This document shows, one piece after another, positions 59,009 to 64,000 of a stretch of DNA of 64,000 nucleotides. This stretch comes from Bacteroidales bacterium (GTDB lineage Bacteria > Bacteroidota > Bacteroidia > Bacteroidales > UBA932): contig JAGCCX010000049.1 in assembly GCA_017651465.1 (NCBI GenBank), positions 4,909 to 68,908 of the forward strand, in the 5' to 3' direction. A program made the translations under genes and the position numbers. Numbering within the stretch: the first letter of the stretch is position 1; each line of letters opens with the position of its first letter. The notes under the pieces are model-generated. The model searched no databases. It saw nothing but the letters and a program-made list of their open reading frames with translations, and had not been told where the DNA came from.

Positions 59009-59137
59009 ATGGAGAAACATCGTTATATACCACCTGTCATTGAGGTCTTCGCCGCTGTCAGCGGGGGAGTGATAGCCGAATCTTCCTCCGAGTCGCTGGA
59101 GATTCCCGAAATGATTGAAGAACAGCTTGAATGGTGA
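59009..59137 (+). CDS. sORF family member 3 (42 aa): MEKHRYIPPVIEVFAAVSGGVIAESSSESLEIPEMIEEQLEW
   Basis: It forms the C-terminal part of ORF-track entry 58640..59137, starting at ATG 59009. Its TGA overlaps the downstream lipoprotein start (TGATG at 59135-59139). It aligns without gaps to the other three sORFs from the conserved Tyr, but has Ala in place of the conserved Cys. Confidence 0.5.
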   Translation: MEKHRYIPPVIEVFAAVSGGVIAESSSESLEIPEMIEEQLEW

Positions 59138-61494
59138 TGAGGAAGTGTTATTTCGTTGTGCTCGCAGCTTTGCTCTTCCTTTCGGGCTGCAATAAAGAGG
59201 CTCCCTGTCCGGAAGAGTCGCTTACCGTTCTTCGTGTGGGCCTTGCCGAGACCCGTACCAGCCTGGGACCTTCCGCCGACGGCAGGCGTAAGGTGTACTG
59301 GAGCGAGGGAGACTGTATCAGCGTCAACGGCGTTGTGTCCGAAGCTCTTTCAGGCATACCGGACGGCTCCACCCAGGCCGACTTCCGCTTCACATCTGCC
59401 CTCAGCGCGCCGTATAACATCCTGTATCCGGCTTCTGTTCTTAAAGACGCCTACACGGTTGTCCTGCCTGCGGAGCAAGCTTTCGTGGAGGGCGGCATCG
59501 CTTCCGGCGCCTTGCCTATGGCCGGCTACAGCGCCGACGGGACCTCCGCTTCGATAGGCCATCTGTGCGCGTTGGTTTGTGTTTCCGTCAAGAGGGGAGC
59601 CACCGCCGCAACTATCGGCACCCTATCATTTATGAGCAATGCAATGGAGCAGGTGAGCGGAGAATTTGAGATTGATTATCGTTCCCATACGTTGATTCCT
59701 ACCTCCTACGATGAGGCCGACTGGGAAGTGACGGTAAATGTGGGTGCTCCTCTGCCCGCCTCGGCCCCCCTTGAAATCTGCGTGGCTGTCCCTGCGGCTA
59801 CTTACGACACCGGCTTCACTATCAAGGTCAATGGTACCGGCGGCGCAGTTACCAAGGAGATGTCAAGGAGCGTGACGCTCGAGGCCGGGCATATCTATCT
59901 GCTTGATGCATTTGCCTTCGTGCCCACCGAGCCCGAAGATTACAATGTCACCGGCCGTGTGGTTGACAATGCCGGGACGCCGGTAGAGGGCGTGGTAGTG
60001 ACGGACGGCGCGCAGTGCACCCGCACCAGGGCCGACGGAAAATTCTTTATGACATCCGACCTGCCGAGCGTCAAGTTTGTGTATATCAGCACTCCTTCGG
60101 GTTATCTGCCGAGGGTCGATAACGGCATTCCAAAGTTCTACAAGCCCGTTTCGGCAAGCGGCGGCATCGTTAACTGCGGTGACTTCGTGCTGACCCCCGT
60201 GCCTGACCCGGACAACTGCACCATCTTCTTTATGGCCGATCCGCAGCCGCGCAAGTCCAGCTATGCCTACGACAAAATCGGCTACCATTCTCTGAACTGC
60301 TGCACCGACCTGTATCGCGAGCTCAAGGAGACCGCTGCCGCCACCGGGCGGCAGGTTTACGGAGTGTGCCTTGGCGACCTCGTGCACGAGGATATGTCGC
60401 TTTATGCCCAATATACCGCCGGGCTCAAGACCCTGGGCTATCCGACATTCAATGTGATCGGCAACCACGACCACAACCCTTCGGCTGCTGATGATGCTGC
60501 GGGAGCCGCCGACTACGAGTCTTACTTCGGCCCTGCCAACTACTCGTTCAATATAGGCAAGATGCACTTCGTTGTGCTGGACAACCTTTTGATGTACAAG
60601 GAGTCAGGCACCCTGAAGTCGTTCAACGTGGGCCTGTCCGACGCCGCCTGGCAATGGCTCCAGGCCGACCTGGCCCAGGTGCCGACCAGCACGATTGTTA
60701 ACGTATGCTCGCACGCGCCTATGTTCCGTACCGATGCCGACGGTGAGGTCTCGGGGCGTGAGACAACCCCGCACGGCAACGATTACAGCCTTCTGCTGAG
60801 GGGCTACACGGAGGTCCACGCCTGGGCGGGACATACTCACCGAAGTTTCAACTACGTTTACCCCTCTTCGCACCGCCACCGCCGTATAAATGTGCATACC
60901 CTTGCTCGCTGCACCGGAGAACTCTGGACCAACGAGTATCTTGCGGCCGGCACTCCCAGGGGATTCACCATAGTGGAAGTGCGGGGCGGCCGTATAGCCT
61001 CCTGGCGCTTCCATCCTACCAAGTACCAGACAAGCGCCTTTGCCGGTCCCGGCGGGCAGCCTGCGTACAAATGGCGGGACTGGAGCTACAATTCTTCAGG
61101 TGTGGCACAGATGAACGGCGGCGGTGCCCTTGACGAGTCGTACCAGATGCACCTGTATCCTCCGGGCTCATATGCCCCGTCCGACGGCTATCTGTATGCC
61201 AATGTGTTCCTGTACGATGGCTCGTGGGGTACTCCTGTATTCACTCTTGACGGCGGATCTTCCACGACTATGACGCTTGTGTCTGAAGACAGCCGGCACG
61301 ACCTTGCCACCACAGAATTCAAGACTTTCTACAAGAACAACAACCCCACAACGAACAGTTCCAGTTCGTACGAAGCATCCATTACCGGCAACCTTCATAC
61401 GCTGTTCAGGGTGCAGGCTCCCGCCACAGGTTCCGGCACCGTGTCGGTAAGGGACCGCTTCGGCAACGTTTACACCCGTACAATAAGTTGGTAA
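59137..61494 (+). CDS. Surface lipoprotein: fimbrillin-like N-module + CarboxypepD_reg-like domain + calcineurin-like metallophosphoesterase + C-terminal domain
   Basis: Signal MRKCYFVVLAALLFLSGC followed by NKEAP; an alternative ATG lies at 59131. N-module RKVYWSEGDCISVN...QADFRFT...NILYPASV. Then YNVTGRVVDNAGTPVEGVVVTDGAQCTRTRADGKFFM. Phosphoesterase motifs FFMADPQ, LGDLVHED, IGNHDHN, CSHAPMF and AGHTHRS. Confidence 0.85.
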   Translation: MRKCYFVVLAALLFLSGCNKEAPCPEESLTVLRVGLAETRTSLGPSADGRRKVYWSEGDCISVNGVVSEALSGIPDGSTQADFRFTSALSAPYNILYPASVLKDAYTVVLPAEQAFVEGGIASGALPMAGYSADGTSASIGHLCALVCVSVKRGATAATIGTLSFMSNAMEQVSGEFEIDYRSHTLIPTSYDEADWEVTVNVGAPLPASAPLEICVAVPAATYDTGFTIKVNGTGGAVTKEMSRSVTLEAGHIYLLDAFAFVPTEPEDYNVTGRVVDNAGTPVEGVVVTDGAQCTRTRADGKFFMTSDLPSVKFVYISTPSGYLPRVDNGIPKFYKPVSASGGIVNCGDFVLTPVPDPDNCTIFFMADPQPRKSSYAYDKIGYHSLNCCTDLYRELKETAAATGRQVYGVCLGDLVHEDMSLYAQYTAGLKTLGYPTFNVIGNHDHNPSAADDAAGAADYESYFGPANYSFNIGKMHFVVLDNLLMYKESGTLKSFNVGLSDAAWQWLQADLAQVPTSTIVNVCSHAPMFRTDADGEVSGRETTPHGNDYSLLLRGYTEVHAWAGHTHRSFNYVYPSSHRHRRINVHTLARCTGELWTNEYLAAGTPRGFTIVEVRGGRIASWRFHPTKYQTSAFAGPGGQPAYKWRDWSYNSSGVAQMNGGGALDESYQMHLYPPGSYAPSDGYLYANVFLYDGSWGTPVFTLDGGSSTTMTLVSEDSRHDLATTEFKTFYKNNNPTTNSSSSYEASITGNLHTLFRVQAPATGSGTVSVRDRFGNVYTRTISW

Positions 61495-61576
61495 GCTTTT
61501 ATCCCGGCGTCTTGCCCGGCATAGAAGCTACCGTATGCCGAACGGCACGTGCGGTGGAAAGAGGTAGGAAAACAAA

Positions 61577-61609
61577 AGTAGGAGGGAAACAAAGCGTTTC
61601 CCTCCTACT
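61577..61609. terminator. Bidirectional intrinsic terminator hairpin
   Basis: Perfect 14-bp stem agtaggagggaaac / gtttccctcctact with a 5-nt loop, between convergent genes ending at 61494 and 61633. Confidence 0.75.
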
Positions 61610-61632
61610 CGGTGTAGGCCGTGAGCGTCCTG

Positions 61633-64000
61633 CTAGAGTTCGCTCAGGCTCTTTGTGAGCTCGTCGTTTTTGGTCACGATCAGGTCCTGATATTCCTTGA
61701 GACCGGTACCGGCAGGAATCAGGTGACCGCAGATGACGTTCTCCTTGAGGCCTTCCAGGTAGTCCACGCGACCGCGGATAGCTGCCTCGCTGAGTACCTT
61801 GGTAGTCTCCTGGAAAGAGGCTGCAGACATAAAGCTGTCGGTCTTGAGGGCCGCACGGGTGATACCCTGGAGAACCAGGCGGGCCGTTGCGGGCCTTGCG
61901 GGACGGGTGACCAGGAGCTTGAGGCCCTGACGCTCCAGAGAAGCGTTCTCGCCCTTCATCTCACGTGCGTTGATCACGTCTCCGGCCTCATAGCGGTCGG
62001 AGTCTCCGGCGTCCTCTACGATATACTTGCCGTAGATGGCGTCGTTGGCATCCATAAACTTCCACTTGTCTACAAGTTCTTCCTTAAGGAACTGAGTGTC
62101 ACCCGGATCGGTGATCTCAACCTTGCGCATCATCTGGCGGATGATGATCTCGAAGTGCTTGTCGTTGATCTTCACGCCCTGCAGACGATACACGGCCTGA
62201 ACCTCATTGACAATGTACTCCTGAGCCTTGACGGGACCAAGGATGTTCAAGATATCGTTAGGCGAAGTGCCACCGTCGGAAAGGGCGGTGCCGGCCTTAA
62301 CATAGTCGTTCTCCTGAACCAGGATCTGCTTGGTAAGGGGCACGAGGTAGTGCTTCTCCACGCCGCTCTTGTTGCGGACGGTGATCTCGCGGTTGCCTCG
62401 CTTGACCTTGCCCATAATCACCTCGCCGTTGATCTCGGAAAGCACTGCGGGGTTGCTCGGGTTACGGGCCTCGAAGAGCTCGGTAACACGCGGCAGACCT
62501 CCGGTAATATCGCTTGCCTTGCCGATGGCGCGGGGGATCTTGATGATTATGTCGCCGACCTTGACCTTGCTGCCGTCCTCGGCCATAACGTGGGCACCCA
62601 CGGGCAGGTTGAACTGCCTGATGCTCTCGCCGGTGACGTCGAGGATGTGCAGGGTAGGACTCTTGGTCTTGTCTTTGGACTCGATGATAACCTTGTCCGT
62701 GCTCATCGAGAACTCGTCGGCGGCCTCTTTCTGGAAGGTAGTGCCGTCGATCATATTCTCGAAGCGTACGGTACCGGCCTGCTCCACGATGGTGATGGCG
62801 TTGTACGGATCCCATTCGCAGATACGGTCGCCCTTGGACACCTTGTCACCGTCTTTCTTGAAGATGATGGAGCCGTAGGGGATATCGTACTGGGAGAAGG
62901 TAATGCCGGTGTTCTCGTCGATGATGCGGAGCTCGGTCATACGGCTTACCACAACCTCCTGGGCCTCTCCGGTAACCTCGTCCACCCTCTGGATGGAACG
63001 GAGCTCCTCGTAGGCCAGCTTGCCGTTGTACTTGGACTCGATGAACGAGTCGGCAACGGCACCGGATGCGGTACCACCGACGTGGAAGGTACGAAGCGTA
63101 AGCTGGGTACCGGGCTCGCCGATGGACTGGGCGGCGATGACGCCCACCACCTCGCCTTTCTCAACCATACGGCTGGTGGCAAGGTTGCGGCCGTAGCACT
63201 TGGCGCACACGCCCTTGCGGCTCTCGCAAGTGAGTACGGAACGGATCTCCACCTGCTCGATGGGCAAGGAGTCGATGAGTTCGGCGTCCTTCTCGCGTAT
63301 CTCCTGCCCGGCGTGGAGGATAATCTCTCCGGTAAGCGGGTTGAAGATGTCGTGTACGGTGGTACGGCCAAGGATTCTCTCGCCCAGGGACTCCACCACC
63401 TCATCTTTGTTCTTGATGGCGGAGGCGATGAGTCCGCGGAGGGTTCCGCAGTCCTCTTCGGTGATGATCACGTCGTGCGATACGTCCACCAGACGCCTGG
63501 TCAGGTAACCTGCATCGGCGGTCTTGAGGGCGGTATCGGCCAGACCCTTACGGGCACCGTGGGTGGAGATGAAGTACTCGAGCACCGACATTCCTTCCTT
63601 GAGGTTGGAAATAATAGGGTTCTCGATAATCTCGGCTCCGGAGGCACCGCTCTTCTGCGGCTTGGCCATAAGGCCTCGCATACCGCAGAGCTGCTTGATC
63701 TGCTGGGTCGAACCACGGGCGCCGGAATCCAGCATCATAAATACCGGATTGAAGCCCTGCTGGTCGCTGGAGATCTGCTTGGTAACGATGCCGGTGAGGT
63801 TGTTGTCAACGCTCGTCCACAGGTCGATAACCTTGTTGTAACGCTCCTGGTTAGTGATGAAGCCCATTGAGTAGTTGTCCTTGATACCGGCGATCTTGGC
63901 GTAAGCGTCGTCGATAAGGGTCTTCTTCTCTTCGGGCACGATCACGTCGCCGAGGTTGAAGGATATACCTGCACGGAAGGCCTGGTCGTATCCCAGATTC
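61633..64000 (-). CDS. rpoC: DNA-directed RNA polymerase subunit beta', C-terminal part (gene continues past window end)
   Basis: Contains ...[16 protein letters not shown]...[10 protein letters not shown]...[47 protein letters not shown]...[11 protein letters not shown]. The reading frame stays open upstream of the listed Met (63945) to the window edge. Confidence 0.97.
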   Translation of the reverse strand, partial: NLGYDQAFRAGISFNLGDVIVPEEKKTLIDDAYAKIAGIKDNYSMGFITNQERYNKVIDLWTSVDNNLTGIVTKQISSDQQGFNPVFMMLDSGARGSTQQIKQLCGMRGLMAKPQKSGASGAEIIENPIISNLKEGMSVLEYFISTHGARKGLADTALKTADAGYLTRRLVDVSHDVIITEEDCGTLRGLIASAIKNKDEVVESLGERILGRTTVHDIFNPLTGEIILHAGQEIREKDAELIDSLPIEQVEIRSVLTCESRKGVCAKCYGRNLATSRMVEKGEVVGVIAAQSIGEPGTQLTLRTFHVGGTASGAVADSFIESKYNGKLAYEELRSIQRVDEVTGEAQEVVVSRMTELRIIDENTGITFSQYDIPYGSIIFKKDGDKVSKGDRICEWDPYNAITIVEQAGTVRFENMIDGTTFQKEAADEFSMSTDKVIIESKDKTKSPTLHILDVTGESIRQFNLPVGAHVMAEDGSKVKVGDIIIKIPRAIGKASDITGGLPRVTELFEARNPSNPAVLSEINGEVIMGKVKRGNREITVRNKSGVEKHYLVPLTKQILVQENDYVKAGTALSDGGTSPNDILNILGPVKAQEYIVNEVQAVYRLQGVKINDKHFEIIIRQMMRKVEITDPGDTQFLKEELVDKWKFMDANDAIYGKYIVEDAGDSDRYEAGDVINAREMKGENASLERQGLKLLVTRPARPATARLVLQGITRAALKTDSFMSAASFQETTKVLSEAAIRGRVDYLEGLKENVICGHLIPAGTGLKEYQDLIVTKNDELTKSLSEL

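Noticed and set aside
61621-63870. 749-aa plus-strand ORF opposite rpoC
   Set aside because: It is antisense to a universally conserved rpoC reading frame, and its translation is repetitive and rich in G/L/V/D/A/H.
1-64000. Prophage, integrative element, transposon, toxin-antitoxin or known defence system
   Set aside because: I recognised no integrase, transposase, recombinase, phage structural, restriction-modification, Cas, or toxin/antitoxin signatures in any frame. The XRE regulator at 21196 has no obvious toxin partner. The accessory island is flanked by housekeeping genes, with no tRNA or long direct repeats noticed by eye.

Overview
High-GC Bacteroidales-type chromosomal segment, judged from TAnnTTTG -7 promoter boxes, a SusC/SusD pair and many lipobox lipoproteins. 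All domain calls are by-eye motif recognition on the supplied translations; no database search was run.

The first ~36 kb is mostly housekeeping:
- mutS2 (partial), cdaA, dapA-dapB-aspartokinase/homoserine dehydrogenase-murA, murB, aspS
- a TSCPD protein, an alpha/beta hydrolase, a DUF1538 + two P-II-like operon, an EF-G paralog
- rnhB, an S46 dipeptidyl peptidase, mrp/apbC, rsmA, a vWA protein
- an ECF sigma module, a radical SAM/SPASM + small lipoprotein pair, RNase HI, pfkA
- a Tat metallophosphoesterase and a prolyl oligopeptidase

rpoC (partial) closes the right edge.

The stretch 36.5-61.5 kb is an accessory surface-lipoprotein island. It starts with ECF sigma / FecR anti-sigma / STN-SusC / SusD. 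It continues with giant modular lipoproteins in which I recognise no glycoside hydrolase or lyase. Instead they carry four ComEC-type metallo-beta-lactamase-fold modules, an SGNH/DUF4886-like module, a GLUG-repeat module and a calcineurin-type metallophosphoesterase. All hang on a paralogous fimbrillin-like N-terminal module. An LRR lipoprotein at 11.3-14.0 kb carries the same N-terminal module.

Most notable observations:
1. Four homologous 42-49-codon sORFs, below the ORF-track cutoff, each immediately 5' of one of these lipoprotein genes.
2. The CAZyme-free SusC/D locus with its MBL paralog expansion.
3. A GC-rich MITE-like repeat family, one copy of which is inserted in frame in rsmA.
4. 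A peptidase-S51/ATP-grasp fusion ORF.
5. An EF-G paralog with degenerate GTPase motifs.
6. The rSAM/SPASM-lipoprotein pair.

No rRNA, tRNA, CRISPR array, transposase, integrase or phage gene was recognised.
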